Translations under genes and position numbers: made by a program
Notes under the pieces: generated by a model
Told to the model about the DNA's origin: nothing
What the model saw: only the letters and a program-made list of their open reading frames with translations
Database searches by the model: none
From: Octopus bimaculoides
Taxonomy: Eukaryota
Direction: 5' to 3'
Length of the DNA: 61,421 bases
Assembly: GCF_001194135.2 (NCBI RefSeq)
Contig: NC_068985.1
Span: forward strand, 6,122,894-6,184,314
Shown: piece by piece, positions 25,880-39,229 of the stretch
Layout of the letters: the number at the start of each line of letters is the position of its first letter
Position numbering within the stretch: the first letter of the stretch is position 1

Positions 25880-26263
25880 CAGATTGTGCCTCGAGGGCAG
25901 CAATTTTGGGGAAGAGGATGAGTCGATTAGATCGAACCCAGTACGCAACTGGTACTTATTTCAATTTTATGGACTCCGATGTATTGAAATGCAAAGTCGA
26001 CCTCAGTGGAATTTGAAATGCTATGCATTTCGCCCGGCAAGCTAACGATTCTTTTCTACTCTAGGCATAAGGCCCGAAATATTCTGGGGACCAGGGGGGG
26101 GGTTAATCAATTAGATCGACGCCAGTACACATGTGGTACTTATTTTATCGACCCCGGAAGGGTAAAAGGTAAAGTCGAGCTAGGCGGAATTTGAACTCAG
26201 AACGTAGCGAAATACCACTAAGCAATTCGTCCAGCGTGCTAACGATTCTGCCAGCTCGCTGCC
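25880..26263 (-). mobile_element. Two tandem SINE A copies
   Basis: Copies at 25880-26052 and 26058-26263. Confidence 0.85.
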
Positions 26264-26265
26264 TT

Positions 26266-26540
<275 letters not shown>

Positions 26541-26937
26541 CGTCGTAAAGAGCTGCTACTGACATATCTTATGTTTATACAAAAGGAAATTATGTGTATA
26601 ACTTTGCATTGTCCGCGTAGACTACTTAAATTCATTTGGTTGCATTTCTCTGTCCTAGATAATGTCGCCACTCTACCTAAATGAAGCGGCTCCACTACTA
26701 TTGTGATACTGTTACAACTCCATTCGAAGAAGATAAGTTAATTCAAACTTACAAACGCTCTTAAGAAGTGGACTCTTTCAAGAGGGCTCTTCATAGGCTC
26801 AATGCTTCTGTCTGACGCTAATCGCATTTAGAAATCTATTGAACGATATGAAATTTAGCTACGAATGCTATGAATTATAAATCATCATTTCTAGAAGGAT
26901 AACAGAGGACAGTCACTGTGAAGCATTGTCGTTCTGC

Positions 26938-27338
26938 AGGTGTAGGCGTGCCTGTGTGGTAAGAAGTTTGCTTCGCAGCCACATGTTTCCGGGTTCTATT
27001 CTACAGCCGGAATCACTTTCTTTTAGTATAGCCTCGTGTGGACCAAAACCTTGTGGATGAATTTGGTAAATAGTCACTGAAAGAAGACCGTCGTATATGT
27101 ACGCATGTATGTATGTATGTATATATGCATGTAAATGTCCGTGTGTGTCTTCGTGTGTGTGTGTCTCTGTGCCTGTATTTGTTCCTCACCACCGTTTGAT
27201 AGCCGATGTTGGTGTGTTTGCGTCTCCACAACTGTGCAGTGCGTCATAGGAGACAGATAGAAAAAGTTCCAGGTTTGAAAATAGCACAGGGGCCGAATCG
27301 TTCCACCAAATATTCTTCAAGGCGTTGCTCCAGCAATG
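26938..27338 (+). mobile_element. SINE B, near full length, diverged
   Basis: Head, internal (TATG/TG)n and tail ending GGCGTTGCTCCAGCA. Confidence 0.8.
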
Positions 27339-27429
27339 TTGCAATATAATTAATTAAAGAGGTAGAAGGTAAAAGATACCAGGTAAAAGACACACTTCAC
27401 TCTCCATGAGTAGGAGGGTAAAATACATA

Positions 27430-28570
27430 CCTATATATATGCCTATAGAGTTGATCCTGAACCAGCAATACTCCCACCACACCAACCGCGGTAGTACTGC
27501 AATGTCAAGGATTTCTGGAAGTCATCCATAGACTCCTGGTGGGAAGTAGTTCGGAACAGAACAACAAGTTGATTCTTCTCAAGACCCAGAATCTTATCAT
27601 GAACGTTGTTACACTTGCGCGCCACTAACTCTGACTAGAACGCCTAAATGGACTTCGAGCGACGGCATTACTTGACTATTCTGTTCCTTTTTTCATTGCT
27701 AATACCTTACTAAACCTTATCGATTTCACTCTAGTTACTATTTCAGGGCAACCAACCATTTGTTGTTGACGACTGATCCTGTTGACGACCACTTAACTAA
27801 TTCCCTAATCCGTTCGGTATAAGTTTCACACGCCGGGAGTGTCTATTTCAGCTTTGAGTAAACGGGTCCATGCCTACACGTAACAGCAAATGTAGTATCT
27901 CGACTTTCTGCTCTCCACTGCTACAAATAATATAATTATGTTCTATTAGAAACGTGGATCAGGTCAGAGATGCCTTCGATACTGAATGCTTGGTGTGTAA
28001 CCATATGTCTATGCTCGTGCCGGGTTAGTTCTCCTTTCCCATTTTGTTAACCTGAAGGAATTTTATTTTGTTATCTATGCCGAATAATATGGCTACTTGT
28101 AATAATGAGATGTTCAGTTGTAGTGGCACTTCCATTATCTTTACTTTGAAAAACCTCTGTATGAAGTTCGTCGGAATCAATCATAATTGCTCACTTTTGA
28201 AGGTCGCTATGGCAGTCTCCTTGGTTGGTTCATTCTACGGTTAATTACCTTACCTCAACTGTACCAAAGAATCTCCCATAGGCAACATAAGATTTTATGT
28301 TTCACACAGGCGACATAAGTTTTCAAACCCCAGACCGGTCTGAGGCATTTTTCTATCTCGACTTACGTCGCTCGCTCCATCTTTTCGCCTGCATCTAAAT
28401 ACATTTATATATAATGGGATTTTATTAAGAGCCTTCTTGCACTTCTTCCGGCGTGTTAAGGAAGGCAGTCCTGCAACATGGCGTCACTCAACATCTTTTC
28501 TGCCAACAGGCTTGTGCGAAAGTGTCCGCATCATGCGGAGAAAAGACAGCGGCCGTTGTTGTCGTTTGAT
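27430..28570 (-). mobile_element. Highly decayed L1/Tx1-like LINE fragment
   Basis: Minus-strand frames give a frameshifted knuckle-like RPL.FL...GHFR at ~28560-28510 and weak RT-like patches (MVTHQAFSIEGISDLIH; VGCPEIVTRVKSIRF). Many stops. Confidence 0.3.
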
Positions 28571-28964
28571 TGCATGTGTTGGTGGTGCCAGTGGTTGTAG
28601 AGGTGGTGTTGGTGTTGGCGTGGTGGAAGACATGCTTAAGTCATTTGTAAATATACTATGCTCGTCGCTGCTGCTGCTGTTTCTTTTGTCTTTATTGTTA
28701 TCGTTGTTGCTGTTGTTGTTGCTGCTCGCTTTTCTTCTTTTTTTGTCCACATCAACAAGTGGTGGGGAAGCTTCTCTCGATTTGGGAAGCCATATTAATA
28801 TATTTATCTTAGTTTCAAAATATGAAATTTGCAAGTCTAACCCTCAACATTCGCTCTTAAAGGACGAAATTCTCCCCCACACCGGGTCGCGTGGCTAGCA
28901 GCGAACAGGATTGTTTAGTTAACGGTCCAACGAAATTTGGAATTCCAACTAATAAAACAGTTAC

Positions 28965-29241
28965 AAATAATAATAATGAAGAGAAGAAGAAGAAGAAGAA
29001 GAAGAAGAAGAAGAAGAAGAAGAAGAAGAAGAAGAAGAAGAAGAAGAAGAAGAAGAGCAGCATCAACAATACTAATAATAATCTTAATGATGATGATGAG
29101 GATGCTACTGCCGTTGCTGCGGATGATGATGATGATGACGATAACGATGATGATGATGTTGATGGTGATGACGGTGATGATGACGGTGATGAAGACGGTG
29201 ATGATGATGGTGATGATGATGGTAATGATGATGATAATGAA

Positions 29242-29277
<36 letters not shown>

Positions 29278-29300
29278 GAAGTTGATGATGATGAGGAGGA
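28965..29300. repeat. Compound (AAT)-(GAA)-(GAT/GGT) microsatellite
   Basis: Direct reading. Confidence 0.95.
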
Positions 29301-31329
29301 AGTGGATTTTATGTGCCAGAAGTGCATTAGATGAGAGTGACAGAAGGACACTTGACTAGTCACGCTGGAAGCTTGCAAAAACAAGATGAATGGAAGAAAT
29401 TCATATCTATAATATCGTTTTTTGTTATTGGTGGTGGTGTTGGATCTGGTCACTGAATCACATGTTTAAGATGCTGCGGTTGGCTATGATATTGTCTTTC
29501 TCCAACATCATTTCCATTTACTGAGTTTGCACTAAATTATTATTGCTATTATCAAGAGGTGTGCTCACGTTTTTCAGTGTCTTCTTCGTTTTTCAAGAAC
29601 AGTAATTTTGTTCTCTCTTATTTGCTTCTTGGTTTATTTGTTTTTCATTTGTGTTATTATCGTTAAGTCATAGAAATGGAGACGAAGCAAGAGAAGAGTT
29701 TAACACGATATGTATGTATATATGTATATATACATATACATACATACATGCACGTATCCATGTGTATGTATGTGTGTGTGTGTATTGAGAGATAGTTTTC
29801 TTTGCTATTTCCTCTAGTTTTAGGGCAAACATTCATTGCATTACACATGTGTTNNNNNNNNNNNNNNNNNNNNNNNNNNNNNNNNNNNNNNNNNNNNNNN
29901 NNNNNNNNNNNNNNNNNNNNNNNNNNNNNNNNNNNNNNNNNNNNNNNNNNNNNNNNNNNNNNNNNNNNNNNNNNNNNNNNNNNNNNNNNNNNNNNNNNNN
30001 NNNNNNNNNNNNNNNNNNNNNNNNNNNNNNNNNNNNNNNNNNNNNNNNNNNNNNNNNNNNNNNNNNNNNNNNNNNNNNNNNNNNNNNNNNNNNNNNNNNN
30101 NNNNNNNNNNNNNNNNNNNNNNNNNNNNNNNNNNNNNNNNNNNNNNNNNNNNNNNNNNNNNNNNNNNNNNNNNNNNNNNNNNNNNNNNNNNNNNNNNNNN
30201 NNNNNNNNNNNNNNNNNNNNNNNNNNNNNNNNNNNNNNNNNNNNNNNNNNNNNNNNNNNNNNNNNNNNNNNNNNNNNNNNNNNNNNNNNNNNNNNNNNNN
30301 NNNNNNNNNNNNNNNNNNNNNNNNNNNNNNNNNNNNNNNNNNNNNNNNNNNNNNNNNNNNNNNNNNNNNNNNNNNNNNNNNNNNNNNNNNNNNNNNNNNN
30401 NNNNNNNNNNNNNNNNNNNNNNNNNNNNNNNNNNNNNNNNTATATATACATACATACATGCACGTATCCATGTGTATGTATGTGTGTGTGTGTATTGAGA
30501 GATAGTTTTCTTTGCTATTTCCTCTAGTTTTAGGGCAAACATTCATTGCATTACACATGTGTTGGTGAGTGGCAGTGTGAGGAGATGAGTTACATAATGA
30601 CTATCGCTGAATCTTTCTCCTTCACAAGAGGAAGAAAAGAACTACGACTCTCACCGTTTTTGGTGACAATTGCCCAAATAACAAAGATAATTGCAACATT
30701 AGCAGAACTTCCCCCCCGCCCCGCTAAAAAATAGCTCTAACAGATAAGAACGCAATACATATAATATAAAGAAACACGCTGATTTTAATTTAGGAATAAT
30801 AACATGCACCACGGCGACGACTGTGTGAATGGAAAGAAAACATGAAGTTAAGGACGTTTATGCAACAGAAATCGACTTGGAAAACAATTCAGATTTGCAC
30901 AATGCATGTGCGCAAGTACACTGAGTGGGTTCCATTGAAAATGTTCTGTACAATCTTCTCTTTTTTTTTTGGCGACGCTATACACTACTTTTTGAGCTTA
31001 TTATTCTTTCCAAAACCGGTTCATAATCCATTCGATCCAACTCATCTGTAGAGACACAACATCGATGCTTTACACGTTCATAATCCACATTACTTGCGAG
31101 GTGATCACTTTGTTTTTGTTTCTTTGCTTATTATTATTTTTGCATCAGATCCGAACCTGAATGATGCGGAGAATTTAGCATAGAAATGATGTCTTTTAAT
31201 ATTGGTATTAATGCTTAGTTTAGTATCATAGTAAAACTAATTAAATATGAAGAAATCATTTTCGATACTGCAACCTGACAGGGAACTGCCAGTATCTAGA
31301 ATTCTGAGAAGATACTAGATATGTTCCAT

Positions 31330-31800
31330 TTCCGTTTAAATGCTAAAACCAAATAATTTTTACAGGAAGTTAGGGAAAATATCATTTGCCGTAAAGTCTG
31401 TTCCATCAAAAGAAGTGAAGGAATTTTGAAATAAAATTTGGGCAGAAGAAACACCACAATGAAAAGGCCCCTTGGATTGATAGACTATCTACAGACTTAG
31501 AGTTCTTAGAAGGGCAAAAGTGGGAGGGTAGTAAGGTAGATGTAAGATCTGCTCTCAGGAAGTCAAGCAAATGGAAGTCTCCAGGATAGGATAAAATTCT
31601 TAACTTCTGGTTGAATGCCTTCCCAGAGAGCCATGAACTGCTAACAAAAGCTTACAACAATGTTTAACGACCTAGTATGATTGCCTGTTGGTATAACATT
31701 CCTACTTCCAAAGAATGAAGTAACAAATGAACCAAAAATTTATAGATCCATAACCTGCTTAAAAACAATAAATAAAATGCTATCATCTACCTTGACTGTA
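31330..31800 (+). mobile_element. R4/Dong-like retrotransposon fragment (region before and into RT), decayed
   Basis: FYRKLGK...PSKEVKEF*NKIWAEE...KGPWID...RSALRKSSKWKSPG*DKILNFWLNAF. Same family as 61066-61421. Confidence 0.85.
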
Positions 31801-31965
31801 TATAACTAAGCCTTTAATAGAAAGGTTTGTCATTGCGTCCATCGTATTGTGTCCGACAAGGTATGTTGGCGTTCTTTACTCGTGTACAGCACTGTGATCT
31901 CTAGGTTTAGATTTACGTTTCTCAGAGTTTTATAAAGCTTTTGCGGTTGTGTGCGGTTTTCTTTT

Positions 31966-32158
31966 CTTCTATTTGTTTCCGTCATTAGACTGCGGCCATG
32001 CTGGGGCACAGCCTTGAGAAATCTTAGTCGAACGAATCGACCCCAGGAATGATTTTTGCAGCTTGGTACTTACTCAATCGCTTGGTCACTGCGACGGAAA
32101 CACAGCAAAAACGGTTGTCAAGCGGAAGTGGTGGGGTGGGCACAGAAACAAAGACACA
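31966..32158 (-). mobile_element. SINE B tail
   Basis: GACTGCGGCCATGCTGGGGCAC...GTTGTCAAGCG matches the reverse complement of the family B tail. Confidence 0.75.
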
Positions 32159-32269
32159 CATACACGCACACGTGCGCACACCAAAGAAAACAGTAGACTA
32201 TTTTCTTTAGGCATTACACGGTGATCGCTTATAAGCTTTAAGCTTATGAAATAATATATATATACAGTA

Positions 32270-33290
32270 GGCGCAGGAGTTGGCGTTTAGCGCAGGAATG
32301 GCTGTGTGGTAAGTAGCTTGCTTACTGCGCATGCGTGAGACAGTGTGGTTTTTGCACTGAATGCTGTCAAGACGTGCCTTCCCAGCGGTTATGAAGTGAA
32401 GAACGTTGAAGACGCGACTGCAAGGTAGGCATCTGTTTTTTGAGATGATTTAGGCTGGATTTGTTGTTTGATATTGTTTTTCTCTTTGCAAATAAGAAAT
32501 CCTCACTGGGTTTCGGACATTTGTCTGCCTGCAGTCGCGATAAGTGACTCACTCAGCTGTGGGAATTGTTGTTTTGGGAGCGTGTCTCACCTCCCCAAAA
32601 AAAGCTGTGGAATTTTACCAAAAATTGTGGATTTTACCAAAAATTGTGGATTTTACCAAAAATTTGTGAAATTCGTAACAATTTGTGGAGCTCTGTTCAT
32701 GCTGGTAGATTACCCTAAGCCAGGAGAGAGGACGGTGGTGCTGCGAACGTACTCCAAGTTGCTCGACACCATCGCCCTCTTCAAAAAGATTGATACAGAG
32801 AGAGAGTTGGCGGAATATATGACAACTATAAAATTTATTTCCAGGGGTGTCAAATATGCGACGGTGTGGTTGCTATTTGACACCCCTCAAGAGGCTCCAA
32901 ATTTTGCAAGTCAGCCCTAAGATGGCGAAGAGATATTGTTTCTTCCCATGTATTGTGGGAAGAAGTTGACAATGGCTTGGGTCTACGGGTTGCCACCCGG
33001 GATAGAACCCGAATGGATAGAAGACACTATCCGCCGTGGTCTGGGTGGCAGTGGAGTCAAGCTCCTCAATGTCAAAATTTTGCCAGCGGTTGAAACTGAG
33101 AGAAGCTTGTTCCCCCATCATCGCTTGACAACCGATGTTGGTGTGTTTACGTCCTCATAACTTAGTGGTTTGAAAAAACGGACCGATAGAATATGTATTA
33201 AGCTTACAAAGAATAAGCCCTGGTGTCGATTTGTTCGACTAAAGCTGTGCTCCACCATGGCCGCAGTCAAATTACTGAAGCAAATGAACG
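32270..33290 (+). mobile_element. SINE B split by a LINE 5' fragment
   Basis: Head at 32270-32325; the SINE resumes at GAAACTGAGAGAAGC (33092) and continues through the tail to ~33290. Confidence 0.75.
32326..33091 (+). mobile_element. 5' UTR + ORF1 N-terminus of a probable Tx1/L1-clade LINE (3'-truncated)
   Basis: From ATG 32699: MLVDYPKPGERTVVLRTYSK...WLLFDTPQEAPNFASQP*DGEEILFLPMYCGKKLTMAWVYGLPPGIEPEWIEDTI..., one in-frame stop, RRM-like pattern. (TGTGGATTTTACCAAAAAT)x3 in the UTR. Confidence 0.55.
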
Positions 33291-33293
33291 AAA

Positions 33294-33358
<65 letters not shown>

Positions 33359-33369
33359 TTGATAGGTAA

Positions 33370-33520
33370 GAGAGGTTTCTTTCAGTTTCCGTTTATTAAA
33401 TACACACACAAAATTTTCGCAGCCTGAGGCTATAGTAGAAGTACTTGCCCAACGTTCCACATTGTTGTAGTGAACCGAGGACATGTGGTTGGGAAGCGAG
33501 CTTCTTATCACACAGCCACA
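33370..33520 (-). mobile_element. SINE B head
   Basis: Reverse complement of the family B head. Confidence 0.8.
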
Positions 33521-33712
33521 CATTTTGTTTCTCAGTAACGTTTATATTTTCTTTCGATTATTTTTGAGTTTCATGCAATATGTGATTTGTAATTTTATTC
33601 TGTAGTGATTATATTTTTTGTTTCGTTGAAGTGCTTTTTCCTGTCTTGCCATATGTGATGATGGTAATGTGGATTACTGTTCCGTCAGTTGTTTTCTATA
33701 TTTTGTTGTAAA

Positions 33713-33900
33713 TTTTGGCGCAAGGCTATTTATTAGAGAGGGGTACTCTATTATATCGTCCTCTGTGCGTGAATACTACATTATTTTATCGGTTCCGAAA
33801 GGATGAAAGGCAAAGTCGACCTCGGCGGTATTTGAAATCAGAACATTATGAGCCGGAAGAAAATGCCATTAAGCATTTTGTCCGACGTGCTGACGATACA
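33713..33900 (-). mobile_element. SINE A, diverged
   Basis: GAAAGGATGAAAGGCAAAGTCGACCTCGGCGG central motif. Confidence 0.8.
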
Positions 33901-34575
33901 TAACTACTGGAAACAATTTCTGAAGAATATTAGTTGTCTAATATAACGGTGATCTGTGGGCGTTGAGTATATGAGATTGTAAAATGAAAGTCCTTAAAAA
34001 TTGGATCTGATATCGGATAATATGTTTTTATTTCACTTACAAACGCAATAAATATTTCTCCACGTGCCATGTATATACATAAAGTAAACATCACTAACAC
34101 ATTATCACACATATATTAAGAAATAGCTGCAAATCATATACAAATATAAGTAAAACAGAGATCAATGCATCCACGAAATATACAGAAGATATAAAGGGAA
34201 ACGCATTTCTCTTTTTTTTTTCACTTCAAAATTTCGGTGATGTTTTATAATGTGTACACTAGTTTTAGTGCAACGTTTTCAACCATACCGCAGTAGGCCA
34301 ACATCCTACTCACACATTACATTCACTTGTGCTCCTTTGAAGTCTTTCATATCCTGATTAGATATTTTACCCTGTTTATCTCTCACTGCATAGAAAAAAA
34401 TAAGAAATGTTTGGCGAGAATTTGGAAAACGTGAAATATTACACACAAACCACAACCTAAATAATTAAATTAATCCTAAATATTATCACATTTGGTGTAT
34501 AGCATGGCTCTGTTTTGAGATTAATATGGCTTCTCTCAATGGTAACCAAATCTCTCGTTCTTGGAAGTTTAACAT

Positions 34576-34783
34576 AGGCCAAGGTATGGCTATGTGTTAA
34601 GAAGTTTCCTTCCCAACCACATGGTTCCAGGTTCAGTCCTGCTGTGTGGGTACTTGAGCAAGTGTCTCCTACAAAAGACTACAGCCGACCGAAGACTTGT
34701 GAGTAGATTTGGTGGAGGAGGAAAACTGAAAGAAGTTCATCATGTATATACATATACGCACACACATACACACATATAAGTAT

Positions 34784-34826
<43 letters not shown>

Positions 34827-35075
34827 CAAATATACACACACAAACATATATATGTGTATTTGTGTGTGTGTATCTCTTTGTGAATATGTTTATCTCTGAC
34901 ACCGCTTGACAAGCAGAGTTAATTTGCTTACGTTCCCGTCACTTAGCAGCTCAGCACAAGTGACCGATAGAAAAGGTACTGGGATTAAAAAAGTGCCGAG
35001 GCCGATTTGCTAGACTAAAAACTCTTGGTTGTGTCCTAACATGGCCGCGATCTAATGACTGAATTAACTAAAAGA
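34576..35075 (+). mobile_element. SINE B with internal (CA)/(TA)/(TG) microsatellite
   Basis: Head, microsatellite and tail match other copies. Confidence 0.8.
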
Positions 35076-35876
35076 TGACATGGAAAACCGCTTCACAAGT
35101 TGGCTTTCGAAATAATCACAATATCAGGAACAATAATTTTTTCATTTTTACTTGAAACACACCATGCAACGAAGCATGCAGCAAGATCGAAATTTTAATA
35201 ACTCTTAGAGAAAATGCTTCGTTAATCCAAGATCGATACCTACTGGTGGCACCGTTTAGATTTACAAATAAAAGTCTGTTATTGCTTTGTGTGCCAGGTT
35301 TACGCTTTTATCAGTTTGTTATTTCTTTCCAAAACTTATGCAAATTAATGGCTCTGCGAGAGGCATACCACTCACAAGGAGAAAAATAAAAAAATCTTCT
35401 ACATTTGATTTATGAATCATGCGTTTCGATAAAAATTGTCTGTTTCGAGGAGAACCAAAGTTTGATACGGTTCTCATAAATGCTTCAGAATGATCAAAGT
35501 GAACTTCATACATTTTAATGGCCATAGTAAATATATTTTCATAGTTCAATGTATAAATATCCTCTACATTTCTTGTGTAAATAACTTCTAAGCCCCACTT
35601 CTAAGATACTGTAAGTTACGTCACTGATTGAACCAATGTCTCAAAGCTCTTCAAATATGGAACCGAATTTTTAAATATTATTTGGTACTAACTATATGTA
35701 CTTGAAACCCAAAAACGTATTTGAAAATTAGGACCTAGTAGGTTTGTGTCCGCTCAAAAAAAAATGATAAAAATAATAATAATAATAATCATTTTTATTA
35801 TAGGCACAAAGCATGAAATTTCACTGGTACTTAGTTTATCGACCCCAAAAGGTCGATATTATTATCATTATTCTAA

Positions 35877-36428
35877 AGGTGGTGAGCTGGCATGATCGTT
35901 AACGCGCCGAACAAAATGCTTAGCTTTCGTCCGTCCTCACGTTCTGAGTTCAAATTCCGCCGACCTCTAATTTGCCTTTCATCCTTTCACGGTGGTTGAA
36001 ATGAGTACCATCTGAGCACTGGAGTCGCTGTAACTGACTATCCACCTCCCCGAAAATTTCGTATGGTAAGAACCTTGCTTCTCAACCACATGGTTCCAGG
36101 TTCAGTCCCACTGCATGGCAACTTGGGCAAATGTCTTCTGCTAAAGCCTCGGGCCGACCAAAGCCTTTTGAGTATATTTGGTAGACGGAAACTGAAAGAA
36201 ACCCGTCGTATATATATATGTATGTTTTTTTGTGTCTGTGATTGTTCCCCTCCCCACCGTTGCTTCACAACTGATGTTGGTGTGCTTTACATCTCCGCAA
36301 CTTAGTGGTTCGGCAAAATAAACGATAGAATAAGTACTAGGATTACAAAAGGTCGATTTCTTCGACTAACGGGAGTGCTCCAGCATGGCCGCAGTTAAAT
36401 AACTAGATGAAGTAAAACATAAAAGAAT
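35877..36428 (+). mobile_element. SINE A (35877-36060) directly followed by SINE B (36061-36428)
   Basis: Family motifs as above. Confidence 0.85.
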
Positions 36429-37089
36429 ATTGTAGAAGAGGTTATTATTTGTACAAGCGAAAGAACAAGCCTTAGTTTGCTTGTAAGTTTTTGCTCCATA
36501 CTTTGTCTCCAAAAGTAGCTTGGATAGTGAGGTGCAAGATACAGTAGTTCCCCCTTGCTGCCGCTTTCTACCCACAAATGGGTGGAGGGGTGAGCACCCA
36601 CCAAGTTCAAGGTTCAGTGGCCCACACTAGTATTATAACAACAAACAACAGCGGCATCAGCGATATCACAGCTCAAGAACTTAATTCCGATTATCAAGAT
36701 TAGTTCCCCTCGGTAAATAAGGCTATACTAAAAACATCAGTCAAGAGTAGAAACAAGAAGATTACGAGCAAAGTCACAACCTACTTACTCCACAACCACC
36801 CCTACAAAACATTATCATAGCGGAGAAAGGAAAAACAACTTCAACACCAGCGGCAACAGCAACATTACATTCACACCAACGGTTAGAAATGGCACAAAAA
36901 TATTTATAACGGCCATACAGAAGAAGAATATATCTCTGGCCTAGGCAACCAAAATGATTTTGCTCGAAAAAGCGCGATCGGACATCGGCATTTTCCACAC
37001 AGAGGAAAGCAGTTCTTTGCAATTGTTTTTCCATCAACACAAAGCGGCCGAAGACTGCAAGTCAGACGAATGTGGAAGGTGCACCATGA

Positions 37090-37400
37090 GATATAATGCC
37101 TGACTTTCAGCATATCTTGAGGGCAACACGGTTTGTAGGCATTTCCGTGGTTCCATTTCAGAGTGAAAAGTATGTGTTGCACCAATTGTATTTAGGAAGT
37201 AAGGTGCAGATAAAGAACTCAGGAATTCCAACGGAAGTAAATCTGTGGAGGATTTTAGAACGCATCACTTTGGAAGGGAGTAACAGCCTCTTAGATGTAA
37301 AAAACTCGTCTGGGATCAGTGTGTAGATGTTACTCCACATTAAACCAGGCACAAACCACAAGATCCGAAACACAATTTAGCTTCCATGAGTGGAAGAACT
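37090..37400 (+). mobile_element. Possible decayed RTE-like RT fragment
   Basis: ...RFVGISV...QLYLGSKVQIKNSGIPTEVNLWRIL...HIKPGTNHKIRNTI*LP resembles the RT motifs YLGS..E+..RI and TK.+IY...+LP. Confidence 0.3.
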
Positions 37401-39229
37401 ACATTTTACGGCACAGGGTACAACGTGCGTGGGGATGATAAGACACTCGGATACTTTCTTTTTCTAGTTAAAGACGGAGACCTATGGTACCCCATTACTG
37501 TCAACCACAAGTCCCGAATAGCCTCAGAAACCAAGCCAGCAACAATTAACAACGATAGCGGTACCAAGCCTGTCGACAACAGCATAATCATCAACAGAAA
37601 ATGAGGGAAGAACACCACCACTAACAACAACTGCAACACCACAAGGATACATATACATATGACTCTACTCATCTTCATAGACTCACAAAGAACCACTTCT
37701 ACGCACACAGTCTTGGCACTCGGATAACAAAAGTATTTGTTTGTATAACATTTGATATGCCGACATTTTTGAACACTATTTCTTTTTTACTTTTTCCAGA
37801 AGCACAAGCCACGCTTCGACACATCTCAAAGGTGGTCGTATCATATGTACCTAAATGAAACGTTTCGTATCGTGGAACTCATTCAAACTGTGCGTGCGTT
37901 TAGGTGTGTAACGTATTTTCCGTTTCCCTTACCGTATAGTTTCCCGCAATGTCTGCCCGGTTCAGCGGATAGAACAATCTAAATGAGAAACGCAGACAAC
38001 TTAAATTTGGTTGATTGATTTCACAGCTGGTAGATAAATCATATTTTTTTGTAGCACAGTTGGTAGTATTACAGTTTATAGAAATTAGAGTCATATTTCA
38101 GTAGCCAGAAGCACGAAAATCGCAGAATGATGTGAATTGGAAACAGTGCATGGAAAGTTGAGCGGTTGATAACTCAACATCGATACTTGGAAAATAACTG
38201 GTCTTTTTTATAACAGAGGAGGACAGCTGTAAAAATTTGAAGATGTGACTACTAGTAAAAACAAAAAAAAAATATTGAAATAGAGTTTTGGAATGGTAAA
38301 GGTGCTGGTGTGGGAGAGAATAGAGTTCAGTTCGTGGCCGGTGTCACATCAATAGCATTTTCAAAAATATTAAATATCAAACTAGAAATGAAAAATGTAC
38401 TACAGAAGCTCGCTACACAAATAACCAATTGTGATTTCAGATTTTAGTATTTGGTGCATAAAACAGAATTCAAAATGTGTACAGCAAACACAAACTAAAA
38501 ATTTTGAATGTTTTTATAATTTGTTCGTCCAAAATGCAGTATAGTACACACATTATTTTACTAAACAGAATAGCACATGATAATTTTGGTGGCAATTTTT
38601 TTTAGTCTGGCATGGTAGATGCTGTGACCATGAATTATGCAGCGAATTTGTACTAGTAGTTGTAGATATGATAGCACGTGCATTGCATTATACATTTGCC
38701 ACAGATTCACGTTACAAGCTAATGCAAGTAATAGCGAGTAATTATATTTGTCAGTTGACAATATAATACCGGGTGACAAATAAGAGTTCGTGCTGCATAA
38801 TCGAATACAAGAAATGCCTGTATCAAATACAAACCAGAAAATGCAAATCAAAGTGATAGGAATGTTCTGCAGATATAATTCCCAATTTCAGGATTGCCAA
38901 ATTTCAGGGTGCACAATAGTCATTAACAAATTACAAATGGCGACGTACATTGTTCAAAGTTCAAGATCCAGTATTCCATGAAACAAGACGTGTCATCGGC
39001 CATCATAACACTGTGGTTCAGTGTGTATTTTTATTATTAACGGGTTGATAATATATCGTAGAGTTCGCTAAACTTGAATTTTCTGAAACTCGTTTGCTAC
39101 GGAGAATTAAATAACCTGCATAGGTTAACTATGTGTATTCCAGTGAAATTATCCAGATAGATTCATGTAGCTAGCCTATTGTCTCTAATTATACACGACT
39201 CGCTAAACAATGTTTCTTGGGTCTTTACA

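Noticed and set aside
28484-28834. 116-aa minus-strand ORF (…RPLSFLRMMRTLS…) as a host exon
   Set aside because: The middle is degenerate CAA/CCA repeat, and the 3' part is better explained as a frameshifted retroelement knuckle.
28891-29359. ORFs with poly-K/D/E or poly-R/M runs (also 26239-26695, 24751-25395, 15888-16328, 20625-21020)
   Set aside because: They are translations of trinucleotide microsatellites, open in several frames and on both strands, with no domain or splice support.
37200-37250. Ankyrin-like GADKELRNSNG peptide
   Set aside because: Bounded by stops with no second repeat; another frame fits RT motifs at least as well.
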